Part shown: positions 48,880-61,007 of the stretch, piece after piece | Numbering within the stretch: the first letter of the stretch is position 1 | Layout of the letters: each line of letters begins with the position of its first letter | From: Callorhinchus milii | Taxonomy: Eukaryota | Direction of reading: 5' to 3' | DNA length: 64,000 bases | Assembly: GCF_018977255.1 (NCBI RefSeq) | Contig: NW_024704743.1 | Span: 31,684,001-31,748,000 of the forward strand | Notes under the pieces: model-generated | The model's input: the letters and a program-made list of their open reading frames with translations, nothing else | What the model was told of the DNA's origin: nothing | Database searches by the model: none | Made by a program: the position numbers and the translations under genes

Positions 48880-49489
48880 GCTACTTGTGAAGATGATTGT
48901 GGAGAGATGGATGGTCCTTTTTGACTGAATATTTGATTAAATATAGAAATCTGGAGGATCAGAAACAAACTTTGAAAAAGTGTGTCCATTTGATCTCATG
49001 TTTTTTTTAAAAATAATAAAAAATAATCTTCTATCTCATACAATTCAATACAAATTTACATTTATATAACGCCATTCACATTGTGTGGAGGTCCCAAGGT
49101 GCTTGACAGTACTGGTTTGGTACCCGAACTGAGGGTGAGAGCTGAGGTTGGTGAGGAGGGGAAAAATGCCTGAAAGCTCTTTGTACAATTCTTCTCCAAA
49201 TAGCTGTATAATTCCCTTTTGAATTTGCTAACACAATCTGCCCCACTTCCTCCAGGCACCTGCCCTCTTCAGAGCTTGACTCTGTTACATTCTGTATGTA
49301 ACAGCTGTATGTAGAATACCTCGTAGACTGTGGAGTATTCTGCATGTAAGATACAGCAATACATGCAGTAAAACATTGAGGTCTGTGCATTACCCTATAT
49401 GTAACTTGCCATAGATTATGGGTTATGCTCGAGTGTATGTAACCCAATGCAGTATAACAGTATAAAATAAGATCAGTAAGACTTGCTTT

Positions 49490-49928
49490 TCGAATTCAAG
49501 ATCCTCATCCTCACCTACAAGGCCATTCACGGCCTTGCTCCCTCCTACCTCTCCGACCTACTATCCCCCTACCTACCTGCCCGTACCCTCCGTTCCTCTG
49601 GCTCCGGACTGCTACACATCCCCCGCCCCAACCGCCCTACCATCGGTGGACGGGCCTTCAGCCTCTCAGCCCCTAGGCTCTGGAACTCTATCCCCCAGTG
49701 CCTTCGCCGCCTCCTCCCTTTCCTCCTTCAAGGCCGGTCTCAAGACCTTTCTCTTTGACCGTGCCTTCAGCTCCCCTCTCGACTCTCTACCCCCTCCTCG
49801 CTCCCTCCCTTCCCTCCCCTCACCCTGACCATTTCCCCCTTGCTCGGGTCCTGACCCAACTGTACAGCGCCTTGGGACGTCCTCCCGACGTGAAAGGCGC
49901 TCAATAAATGGAATCTTGTTGTTGTTGT
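49490..49928 (+). mobile_element. Young L2 LINE, 5'-truncated
   Basis: EFKILILTYKAIHGLAPSYLSDLL..GGRAFSLSAPRLWNSIP, C-rich 3' region, stem-loop, (TTG)n. Confidence 0.95.
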
Positions 49929-50749
49929 CTTGTTGTTTTCTACAATCTGAAGGTATATTCATCATGCTAATAGGGATAAGCATTTATGCAAATTCAAGTT
50001 GTATTGGAAATTCAGATTAGTTTGATTATAAAATAAGATTTCCTCAGTACCTCAAGTACTGTAAACACTTGTAACACAGGGAGACTACTGTAGTTTACTG
50101 TGTTGTTACATTACATTTATCGTTTAGGAAACAGGCCTCACCTTTTCACCGGCACAAAGACTTGGCAAGTTTGAACTGACTTGCCAAGGGCAACAGTAAT
50201 CTGGAAATCACAAGAGAGGTTCAAATAAGGAAGGTCCTTTGCCAATTTGATCTCATCCTTCCAGGATATCATCTTATTGTATTTCTGGTTACCAGAAGAT
50301 AGCCTATTGGTGACTCAGAGTCATTATTATGCAGTCCCATTGATAAAACCCTGCAAATTCAAGCCTGGTACGCTGACATTTAGGTTTTAGATTCTCTTGG
50401 AGCTGAGTAACTGACACAACGGAAATCATTTATTAATTTATTACAGTTGAGAGTTCGTTATTTATACTAATGGGTACCAGCCCCGTGTGGATAAGGAAAC
50501 AGTGCAGATAATGGTTCAAGTCACCCAATAAAAATTGGTCACAGCTTCAACAAAAAACATTCCATCAAGTTATTCTGTGACTCTTGTAGCACACTGTGCA
50601 AGCCTTCTTCTCTCGCTCTCTGTTTTTTTCTCTCTCAGTCTCCCTCTGACTTTCTTTCATAAGTTTCTTTTTTGTCTTTCTTTCCCTATCTGTTTTTCTC
50701 TCGCTCTCTGACTCTTTCACTCTCTTTCCCCATTCCTGTGTTTAACTCT

Positions 50750-51115
50750 ACAACGACTACTTGCATTGCTACAGCGTCTTAAATGTTGGTTCACATTTAT
50801 AAACTGGAACATAGATATCTGATATGAGGCTATGCAGCTGAGAGTTGAGGGATGTGCAGAAGCCCCAGGCTGGCCAAGTGAACGGGGTCATAGAGGAATG
50901 GGCTGTGAGCAAGTTGGAGGGTTAGCAAGGTGCCAGGGCATGAAGTGTAGGTAAGTGTGAGGATCTTGAAATTGATCCTTTCTATGACAGGAAGCCATTG
51001 ATGCCTGGCAAGGACTGAGGTAATGGAGGTGCAGAGTTTGGTACGGTGAGGATACGAGCGGTCAAGTTTTGAATCAGTTGGACTTTGTGAACGGTGGAGC
51101 TGGAGAGACCGGTGA
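50750..51115 (-). mobile_element. Old L2 fragment
   Basis: GGATCTTGAAATTGATCC, GGAAGCCATTG and TTTTGAATCAGTTGGA are the reverse complement of the L2 IQN..HWLP..I.FKIL region. Confidence 0.7.
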
Positions 51116-51376
51116 GTATTTTATTCAGGAGATTTATGTTTTATCCTTTTATAATTTTTTGGGGTGAACGATTTTCTCTACAGGGAGGGTGTTGAAGCTA
51201 GGATAGGGAACGTATTTCCCATTTCTAGCATCCTGTGAGTATCAAGCACTTGTGTGCAAGGTGCAGTGCGAATAGATATAGAGTGAAGGTCACTTTAAAT
51301 GTGCCTCAACCTCAAACTCAGAAAAGTATCTGTTTCCCACACCAGCCATCATGTGGTCTTTCAGAGAGCATTTGAC

Positions 51377-51739
51377 AATAATAATGATCATCCTTGCATT
51401 TGATATAGCGCCTTATCACTTCATTGAGACGTCTCAAAGTGTTTCACAGAATATATTGTAAAATGAATTGACTGTATATTTTGTAGGTGAAATGCGGCAG
51501 AGTTGTGCACAGCAGTGTCCCACAAACAGTCGTGGATTGAGTGACCCAGTTTTTTTTCAGGGATAATTCCTGTAAAAGCAATCCGGCCATTGACTAACAA
51601 CTGGCTTCCTACTCACTGCTAGGTAAACATAAGCGTGTAGAGTTAGGATACTTGCCTAACATTTCGCCCTGCCTGGGAATCAAACCCAAGTCCTCGCACT
51701 TGCAAGGCGAGTGCTCTAACCAATACACTACAGGACTCC
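51377..51739 (-). mobile_element. Full-length SINE family B
   Basis: Head GGAGTCCTGTAG..GGTTAGAGCACTCGCCTTGCAAG..GGTTTGATTCC, central module, tail. Confidence 0.92.
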
Positions 51740-51764
51740 AATAGAGTAAAACCCCAAGGAAACA

Positions 51765-51990
51765 CAGGCAGCGTCTATGGAGAGAGGAAAGTGAGTTAAC
51801 GTTTGAGATCGAATGCCTTTGGTCAGAACTGGGGGATGCTGGTAGGGAACAGTTTATAAGGACAAACAGAGAAGGGGGCGTGGATAGAAAGACAAAAGGA
51901 AAAAATCAGGTGGAGGACACGAGATGATGAGATCAGAGGTGTTGATGATGCAAGACAAAAGGAGGCAACAGTGGGAGTTTATAGAAAGAA
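51765..51990 (-). mobile_element. Second Penelope-like terminal repeat with decayed hammerhead motif (51794-51830)
   Basis: Reverse complement AGTTCTGACCAAAGGCATTCGATCTCAAACGTTAACTCACTTTCCTCTCTCCATAGACGCTGCCTG aligns to 25533-25598. Confidence 0.65.
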
Positions 51991-53104
51991 AAGAGTTTAT
52001 AGAAAGTGAACATGTAGATAGCTATCTACATGTTCACTTATCTGTTTTGGAGGTTACAAGTGGAAGTGAGGTCAGGCTGTGATGTTGAGAAAAAAAATGT
52101 AAGCTGTGTACAAACGATTGAGGTTACCAGGTGATTGATTTTTTCCCTACTTTGAAGTGTCAGGGCAAGGTGGAGCAGCCCGATCCAGATTAGATCCCAG
52201 ATTGGAAAGAGAAACACACATGCAAACACACAGGGGCAGAGAGAGACAAACCCACACAGAGACCTGATATCTGGACAGTTTCAATAGCCACAATGTCACA
52301 GTTAATGCTCATATCAGGCTCCCTACTACATAAGTGAGGTATTATACTATGTCCCATGTCCTCTAGGAATTACCTGAGTTGAAATTACTTTGAACGCATT
52401 TCACATAGAGCATTTATATCCAGGCAGAATTAAATCCAAGCCCTGGTAGTGAAACACCAGAAATTGTTATTTTATTTAGTAAAAGCTGTGTCTTAATCCT
52501 GCACTTCCCATAGTCATGTGAGACTGACTTTCACCTCTCCATGGAAGGCTTTGGTTGATACTGAAAATTCTTGAACCAGGAGTCCAGTTTAAAGCGTCTG
52601 AACTGTTAATGCTCCATAGAAAAAATCCTTTTACGCTCAAGCGCTGGAGACAGTGACTGCCAGTATGGAAAGCAGTCTACATGTTTACAAAGCTTCCATG
52701 GAGTTTTGCTTGATGTAAATGCTGGCTTTGATTTTCATACCAGCAGTTACTTGTCTGCAATTTGGAATGAAATGCTGAACTAACTCTAAAAGAGCATTTA
52801 CAAGCTATTGCAGTATTTCACCGTCATGGAGCTAAATGATTTGACTGGTTCTATCACCAAATCCAACTTGATCGTGTATTCAGGGCAGCAGGAAATCAAA
52901 TTGTTCAATTTAAATCTCTGCTTACAAGCAGATTTCAATATGTGGCTGAAGAGCTGGGTGGTAGTGGTGGGGGAATGATCAGAGAATCAGATCCACTGTG
53001 ATTTTTCCTTCTGACTGTGAAATCCAAAACAAAAACATCAGGAACTACCACACCAGTATTCCAAGAGTCTGAGATATTCAGCGATGGATTTGTCCATTCC
53101 TGGT

Positions 53105-53515
53105 TTTGATATACAGGAGTGCTTTTCACATCAGGAGGATGTCTCAAAGCATTTCACAGGATCCTCTGTAAACTAGTAACTGTATTTGTAGGTGAATGTG
53201 GCAGCCAATCTGCACACAGCAATGTCCCACAAACAGCCATGAAGCAATAAGACTAATTTTATTTGGGGGATTGTTGGCCAGGACACCGGAAGAAATTCCC
53301 TTCTCGTTTTGAATAATGCCATGGGATCTTTTAACATCCACCTGAACAAGCAGGTGGGGCCTCGGCTGAATCGTCTCGTCCAAAGAAGGGCATCTCTAAT
53401 ATTGCCTCAAGCACTGTACCAGCCTAAACTATATGAATTCAAAGTCCTGACATGGGGATTGAACCCACAATCTTCTGCCTCAGAGTGAAGGTGCTACCAA
53501 CTGAGCCAGGCTAAC
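53105..53515 (-). mobile_element. Full-length Deu-type SINE (family A)
   Basis: Head CCTGGCTCAGTTGGTAGCA..GGTTCAATCCC, Deu-like core GGTGGATGTTAAAAGATCCCATGGCA, tail. Confidence 0.9.
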
Positions 53516-54886
53516 AGAAAGTAGCAACTGTACCACTGAGCAGAATAGTTTGGATTTGAGCCAAATGATTAAGAGAATCAAGTGCAGGCTTCACAGCTCT
53601 CTGCAGGGTGGGATGGAGAATTCAAGGCAGGGCTGAGCAATGTATCCCACGTTATAGCAAATATTATGAATCAGCAAGGGAATGTGTTGTGGAATTCAAG
53701 ATTGAAATAAGGTGGACAAATAATTTTTAAAGTCTGAAGCTCCTTAAATGGGGAAAAAAGAAACAGCTAATATAAATGGTTCAATTACCTTTTAAGAAAC
53801 TCACTTCTATTGTCGAATATACAGGTTGACCAAATAGTCGTGATAACTACCCTATTATCTGGGGTAATTGGGATAGATGCTTCTTGTAATTTCCAATCGA
53901 TATGTTCAAGATCCTCTCATAAAGAGCCATAATACCATACTTGGGGAAATTCACCATTATGTACCATTGAGAGGCTTTTGTTTTTGGTCAGCCATGTGTT
54001 TGACACATTGAGAGGCCTAGTGTTGAGTGCTGTGCAAGAGACTGCAAGGTGAATACACCAACATCACATCATTTGCAAACAGAAGCTGCGCACTTCTATC
54101 AAAAATGTAGCCAGGTACGTCCATAGCTTCCACTTTCTTCTTGAGGGCTTTGTGAGGATCTGAGAAGCTCTGTATTGCTCACGTGTGAACAGCTCGTAAA
54201 ACAGGATATTCTCATGGAACGCAGACTTTACTGCAGCATGTTTCTGGTGAGAATCATTTAGAAAATGTGAAAATATCCTGTTTTACAGTAACTACTGAAC
54301 TGGATGGTTTTCCAGGTTATGACTGTGAGCTTCATACAAAGGGGCTTGTCAACAGATGTTCTAAGTTTCCTGTAAAACGTTAATTAACACATGTGTAATT
54401 TTTTGGTTTACGCTTAGTATAGTATCCGGACATTTATCAACATAAATTTATTTTACAATATTCTAGATCACCAATGCTTTGTTCCCATATTCCATCCACT
54501 TCTTGACTCATGTTATCATTGCTCTAGTCTCAGGGCATCTGGCTTAGTTTGCTGCAGATGTACATTGAAACCTGTAACAAAGCACAATTTTTTTTAGTAA
54601 AGGTTCAATTGGCTGCTCTTAGATATTTGTTGAGAAAAGCTCCAGTGAGTAATTGGTGGATATATGTCAGCCCTTCTGTCTTAAAAACCTCCTGTTCCTC
54701 CATTCCCAAGCAGTTTCCCTAAGTGGAGTCATTGCATGAGATTGCATTATTTCTCAGCCAGCCATGACAGATAAAATCAGTTACAGAATAAATCACAGTC
54801 TGTCCTTTTCAAGTTGATAATGGCTATTGCATAGAAATGTCTGGAGCTAGAGTGCAGGAAGGAATTATAGGAAAAAATTTCATTGC

Positions 54887-55038
<152 letters not shown>

Positions 55039-55244
55039 TCCACAACAACAGCTTGCATTTGTTTAGTGCCTTATAAAAACTAATAATCCTGAAATAACAC
55101 TTGTATTTTATTTAGCGCCTTTCACACCAGGAGGACGTCTCAAAGCACTTCACATGATTTGCTCTGAAGTGTAGTGATTGTGTATTTTTAAGTTATTTTC
55201 TATAGTTGAACGTCAGCACCTCCACTGGCGGTATCAGCATCCAC

Positions 55245-55845
55245 AGATGCACACTCCACCTCACCGAGACAGTCAGGAACCCAGGCATCTTGTTTGACCC
55301 TCAATTGTCTCCCGCATATCCATGCCATGACCTGCTCTGCCTTCCTCTATCTCTGCAATATTGCCCGACTCCGCCAGTGCCTCACCCCCCCAAGCCGCTG
55401 AAACCCTCATATGTGCCTTGATTACATCTAGGCTTGACTATGCCAACTCACTGCATGTCGGCCTTCCCAAGATGCAGATCATCCAGAACTCTGCAGCTCA
55501 TGTTCTCTCCCGCACCAGGCTCCGTGACCCCATCCTCACCCAGCTCCACTGGCTCCCCATCCCTCAGAGGATCGAGGTCAACATCCTTGTCCTCATTTTC
55601 AAGGCCCTCCATGGCCTTGCCCTCTCCTATCTCTCCGACCTGCTAACCCCTTATCAACCTGTTCACTCCCTCCTGTCCACCACCGATGGTCGGGCTTTCA
55701 GCCTCTCTGTCTCCACTCTCTGGAACTCCATCCCATATTCCCTTCACCTCGCTCCCTCGTTTGCCTTCTTCAAGGCACGTCCTCCCGACTTGAAAGGCGC
55801 TTTACAAAAAGTAATTTTTATTGTATTGTATCTTGTATTGTATTT
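55245..55845 (+). mobile_element. L2 3' portion with (TTGTA)n tail
   Basis: ORF 55361-55891 reads AAETLICALITSRLDYANSL..IQNSAAHVL..LHWLPIPQRIE..LWNSIP. Confidence 0.92.
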
Positions 55846-56379
55846 ATACAGTCAAAGGGTTTTCGAAAGATGGAGCGGAAAACTTCCATGACTTTAATTT
55901 TAAGGTTTTGCTTATGCATATCCCTTTTTCCTCTTCACTAAATTTGAATTTTCTCTCTAGCACTGGTATCTCACTATGAAAAACATTGTGTGTAATAATC
56001 AGGTCCAGTTCACTTTTTATCTGTCCCACCTCCTTTATTACAATCTTTATCTTGATGTACTCATAAAAAAAGATTTAGTTGCCAGGACACGATTTTTGTA
56101 GTATTCAGTCTTTTCCCTCGTTATTTTCTTTGCCTTTGCAGTGTTCCGCCACTGTCAAGTGCTTTGGGACACTATTCTGCGTGAGGGGCGCTGTATCAAT
56201 ACAAGTTGTTGTTCTGTAATTCACCTTAGTATCCAGTTTGGCTCACCTTTCCCTCACCCTTACAAAGCCTTTTCTTTACACAAGTCCTAACTGTTCTTGT
56301 CACCCATCGTTGCTTCACCCCAGAAAAGACCATCATTTCTGTAAATTTATTCATCTATCTACTTACCAACCAGCAGTGA

Positions 56380-56690
56380 ACTCACAGTCTAAGGTGCACT
56401 GTATTGTTGGAGGTGCCGTCCTTCAAATGAGACATTAAACCAAGGTCCAAAGAAAAGGGAGTTCCGCCTGATGTTTGGATGTCCTGATGGCCAACAATCC
56501 CCCAAATAAAACATTTGTCACTCACTTCATTGCAGTTTGTGAGACACTGCTGTGCACAAATTGACTGTTTGTGAGATACCGAGTGCACAAATCGCACTCA
56601 CTTACGGTTCACAGGAAAATCCTGTGAAGCTCTGTGAGACATTTCAGCAACATGATAAGGTGCCATAAGCAAATGCAAGGATTATTTACA
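56380..56690 (+). mobile_element. Deu-type SINE (family A) fragment
   Basis: TTGGAGGTGCCGTCCTTCAAATGAGACATTAAACCAAGG, then tail AAATGCAAGGATTATT. Confidence 0.8.
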
Positions 56691-57674
56691 TTATGTATTC
56701 TAACATTGGCCCCCACTTATTTCAATCAATTTTATCCCCGTCTACTCAAAATTAGTTTCAAGTTCATCCTGGCAGTTGTTGAGAGCACAGAAGGAAATGG
56801 AGAAAATGTACTGAGTTCCAATGGGTAAAACATAAGTTTCCCACAGCTGATAGCTTTCTCCATGGAGCTAGTTCACTAAATGTTCACCAGATCATAAGAG
56901 ACATTCAGATGAAGAAGGCCGTTTAGCCCATTTGATCTCATCCTTCCGAATACTAACCCAATTACACAATTATCTTACTCAGTCCAGTTTGTTATCTGGC
57001 CCACCTCCTCCTGTTCCTTAAATGAATAGAGCATCAACATTGGCCTCAAGTATCCTTTCTGGTAATTAATTTCCAATCATTAGTGGCACTCTGTCATACA
57101 AAGTAACTCTGTGTCCAAACTTAAAAAGGATGAAATAGACAACTGGAGAGAACTCCAAAGCAGAAGAGGTGGGAGGAACATTTTTGCTGGTATTCTGTGT
57201 AGATTTCCTGGACTGATACATAATGTTATGAAGCATCTGCATTAAAACACTGGCATAAAAACAGAGGTCTGGAATGATAAAATGTGCTTATCCTTAGATT
57301 CGTACATGCCACAGGATATTTCAGTGTCCGAGGCCAGGTTTTCAGAACAAGCATTTTTGGAAGTAGCCTATCCCGAACTAAATCACATCAGCATGTCACA
57401 TACACAAACAATAATGTATTTTCTAAGATCACAGGAACAGAGATGAAGAAACAGGATGTGGTTAATTGAGGAATCGTGTAGGCCTTTTCAAAAACATTAC
57501 TCACCAGAATCAGAGTGCTCTATTCACATAGAAAACAGACGACTTCATTAAATTACATGTTACAGATAAAGCCGGATGATTGAGAATGTGAGAATATTAA
57601 CTCTTCAAAGGCACTATTCTTGTTGAGAAGAGTAAAAGCAAAACATTAGACTGTTGTCTGCCTATATCTGTCTG

Positions 57675-57987
57675 TCCCCCGCCCTAACCGCCCTATCATC
57701 GGAGGCCGGGCTTTCAGCCTCTCAGCCCCTAGGCTCTGGAACTCCATCCCCCAGTGCCTTCGCCGCTTCCTCCCTTTCCTCCTTCAAGGCTGGTCTCAAG
57801 ACTTTTCTCTTCAACCGTGCCTTCACCTCCCCTCTCGACTCTCTACCCCCTCCTCGCTCCCTCCCTTCCCTCCCCTCACCCTGACCATTTCTCCCCTGCT
57901 CGGGTCCAGACCCAACTGTCTAGCGCCTTGGGACGTCCTCCCGACGTGAAAGACGCTCTATAAATGCAATCTTGTTGTTGTTGTTGT
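57675..57987 (+). mobile_element. Young L2 3' fragment
   Basis: Close match to 49620-49928; (TTG)n tail. Confidence 0.93.
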
Positions 57988-58171
57988 ATATGAGATGTAT
58001 TTGTACAATACATTTCTAATTTTTTGGAGTGATGGGTAGAATGATGAACAGCTAAATAACCTAAGGTTCTTCAGCCTTCAAAATAGACACCTCAGAGGGG
58101 AACCTTTCACAGGGATAGAAGATTCAAAATCTGTTGTCCTCCCCCTTGGGTTGGTGGGTGGAAGGTGGAAG

Positions 58172-58650
58172 TAAGTGGGATTTCTGTGCGGCTGAGCTGG
58201 CTCCAAGGTGACATACCTGGTAGTGAAATATTGGAATCAAGTTGATCCTCTTTGATGGTCTCAGTCATCAGGTTCCTGTACCAAACATGTCTGGGGTAAT
58301 CTAAGACACTGTTCATGGGAGATAAGCTTGTCTGCCTCGTCAGCAGGACTTTGAGGGACAGATTGATCACTGAGAGAAGGGATTCTCTCTCTTTGGCTCC
58401 TGTTAACCATACAAACAAAAGCCCTGACTAATAGGGTGATCCTAACTGGATAAGCAGCAGGAAGCTTGGCAGACAGTGCTCTCAGTGACAAGCTGTGTGA
58501 TTTTAGCTGGTGAAGCTCTGGTAGTACTCCAGCATACACTCTTGAGATCCCCAAGCCTTGGCTCTCACTGAATTGTGCCTGATACTTCCTGTGATTAGAT
58601 AAGCAGGTGCATCCCTCCACAGAGAGGGTATGCATTCCTTTCCAGACACA
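58172..58650. repeat. Unassigned old interspersed repeat (family D), longest copy
   Basis: Aligns to 41385-41556 (same strand), 39467-39598 and 31330-31385 (opposite strand). Confidence 0.7.
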
Positions 58651-59394
58651 AGCATAAGAGACACAGGTATGTGGACCACAGTATGATTTGGATTTTCTAA
58701 AGCATGGTGATGAGTTTTTGCAGTGTCAGATACCTGACTGACCAAATGAAAATACAAAATGAGATGCAAAAAGTAAAGGTACCACAGTACTTTCAAGTAT
58801 TCTCAGCCAGCAGAATAAGAGGTTCAGGTTGTGAAGGGAAGTCTAGGGTAGGCACCAGCAAATATGTCTTTGCAGAGGATAATCAACAGCTGGAATGGGT
58901 TAAGAAAAAGTGTGATTGTGATTGAGATCAAGATATTGGGCTCATTTAAAAATTTGGTGTGTGAAAATTGGCTATCACATTCACCTAGAAAATACAGTAA
59001 AACTTGCACAAGTCTTACCTTTATAAATCGTAAAATCGACTGAGTTGTACATTCACTCAAGTCTCATTTAATTTCCTTTCAAAACTACTTAGATTTCTTT
59101 GCACTAGTTGTATTAATCACCTTTTAACTTATAACGCCGGTGCCCTATCCTCCATTACTCCCACACTTATCTGCTGCCTTGAATCTTGGGAAATGACGTC
59201 CTGACCCCATGGGCACTTACAAATACATGTAATGCAATTTTAAATTATAAATAAAATGACATTAATTTGAAATTTGATTATAATTATTTATAAGAGGATG
59301 TGGATAAACTCACTAACTATACTAACGAAGAGTATGTCAGTGCACATCACAAAATCACTGTGTGAGGTTCATGGAGAGAGAATACAATGTACAT

Positions 59395-59640
59395 TTACTA
59401 GAATTTATATATCACCTTACACTTTGGGAGGACATCTCAAAGTGCTTCACACCACTAACCGGGAGCTCGAGTTGGAGGGGTTGAGCTGAGGAGAGCAGAG
59501 GGTGGGGAAGGTGACTCAAAGTGCAATTGGAAAGATAGATCTTAGGCTACGATAGAAGGTAGCAGTCAATGCAGTGGGACGGATGAGACAGAATGGCTAA
59601 AAGCTTGGCCACCGATAGTGGGCAGATCAGGCGGGAGATA
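59395..59640 (-). mobile_element. Old L2 3' fragment
   Basis: GGGAGGACATCTCAAAGTGCTTCAC tail and GGCTAAAAGCTTGGCCACCGATAGTGG (TIGGQAFS on -). Confidence 0.7.
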
Positions 59641-60354
59641 TGAAGATTTGTTTCCTGGGTGAAGCAAGCAGCAAGGATTATCATCAGAATAAGTATACTC
59701 TGGATTTTACCACAGTGTCAGACCACCAGTTAGAACTCTGAAGTTCAACAAAAATATTTGTCATAGGGACAATAAATCATCAGCATTTTTTAAAAGGCAT
59801 TCAAGTGGCTGAGCTATCACCTAATTTCGCTCCTAATGTAGCTCTGCTGGTTTGACTTTTAAAAGAAAATCCTGTTTTTTTCCCCTGGGTTTGTTCTGTC
59901 CAACTTAAAAATAAATATAAAAATTCCTCTACCGTCGAGATTTATTTACATGTTGCATAAACAGGTCCTGCATTCAAAGTTCTCATGACGAGCTGTAGCA
60001 AGATCATTTCAGCTTGTTGGTGTAAATGTATCTTCAATGGGAGTTTCCCTACCAAAAATGGTGCACAATTAGCCCAATTCGATTTTTGATCCATCTAGGT
60101 CTGTCTCAAAGATGTTTTCCCACAAAACACACAATCATTGAACTTTTACAATATATCCTGTGAAGCACTTTGGGATGTCCTCCTGATGTGAAAAACGCTA
60201 TACCGGATGTAAGGATAATTATTATTAAGACCTAGTTCTTGACAGGGCATGGTCATGACAGGTTACCTTTCCCTTCACTTCTGTTCTTGGCTTCCATTCC
60301 CAGCTCGGGTGACAAGCCAGGCTTTTTAAGCACCTTGAATGTGAAAGGCACTAT

Positions 60355-60545
60355 ATAATAATAATAATAATAATAATAATCCTTGTATTTGATATAGCGC
60401 TTTTCACGTCTTCTAGATTTCTCAAAGCGCTTTACAGAATATACTGTAAAGTAAATTATCATTGTGGGTGAAACATGGCAGCCAATTGCACACAGCAGTG
60501 TCCAACACACAGTCGTGGATTAAAGTGACCAACTTATTATTGTTT
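60355..60545 (-). mobile_element. SINE B 3' fragment
   Basis: (AAT)n followed by CCTTGTATTTGATATAGCGCTTTTCACGTC. Confidence 0.85.
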
Positions 60546-60554
60546 TTTTTGACT

Positions 60555-60935
60555 GTAGAGTGTGTCACAGCTGATTCTCGGCAGGCCACTTGACTATTGT
60601 GGGTATCAATACCAACAACAAATTATATTTTTTTACCGCCTTTCATGTTGAAAAGACGCCCCAAGGTGCATAACAAGCCTGGCTTGGCACGCGAGCTGGG
60701 AACGGGAACCAAGGACAGTGGGTAGGGGAAAGTTAACCAAAAGCGCTGTGTCACAGCTGAACCTGACCTGTTTTCACCCGGCTGCCGCAGAGGTGTACAA
60801 ACAGTGCTGTAGAGGGACCAGGAGCAGAGGTCCTGGCTGGTTTTCCCCTCCCCCAACCTGGGAAGGTTTGGTTCCTGCTGAGGTTGTACCAGGAATTGAA
60901 CCAGCAAGCTCCTTGTGCATTTGCTACACCATTCA
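60555..60935 (-). mobile_element. Family C SINE fragment with an inserted L2 tail (about 60610-60735)
   Basis: GTCACAGCTGAACCTGACCTGTTTTCACCCG..CCTGGCTGGTTTTCCCCTCCC; B-box GGTTCAATTCC on -. Confidence 0.55.
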
Positions 60936-61007
60936 GACTGCCCCTTTTTGTCTCTGTTTCAACTATTGAATGACATATCAAGTAATTTATTACAATAAAT
61001 TACTGCA

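Noticed and set aside
50161..50187. Small hairpin CTTGGCAAGT..ACTTGCCAAG
   Set aside because: 10-bp arms with a short loop are near chance expectation in 64 kb, and there is no supporting context.
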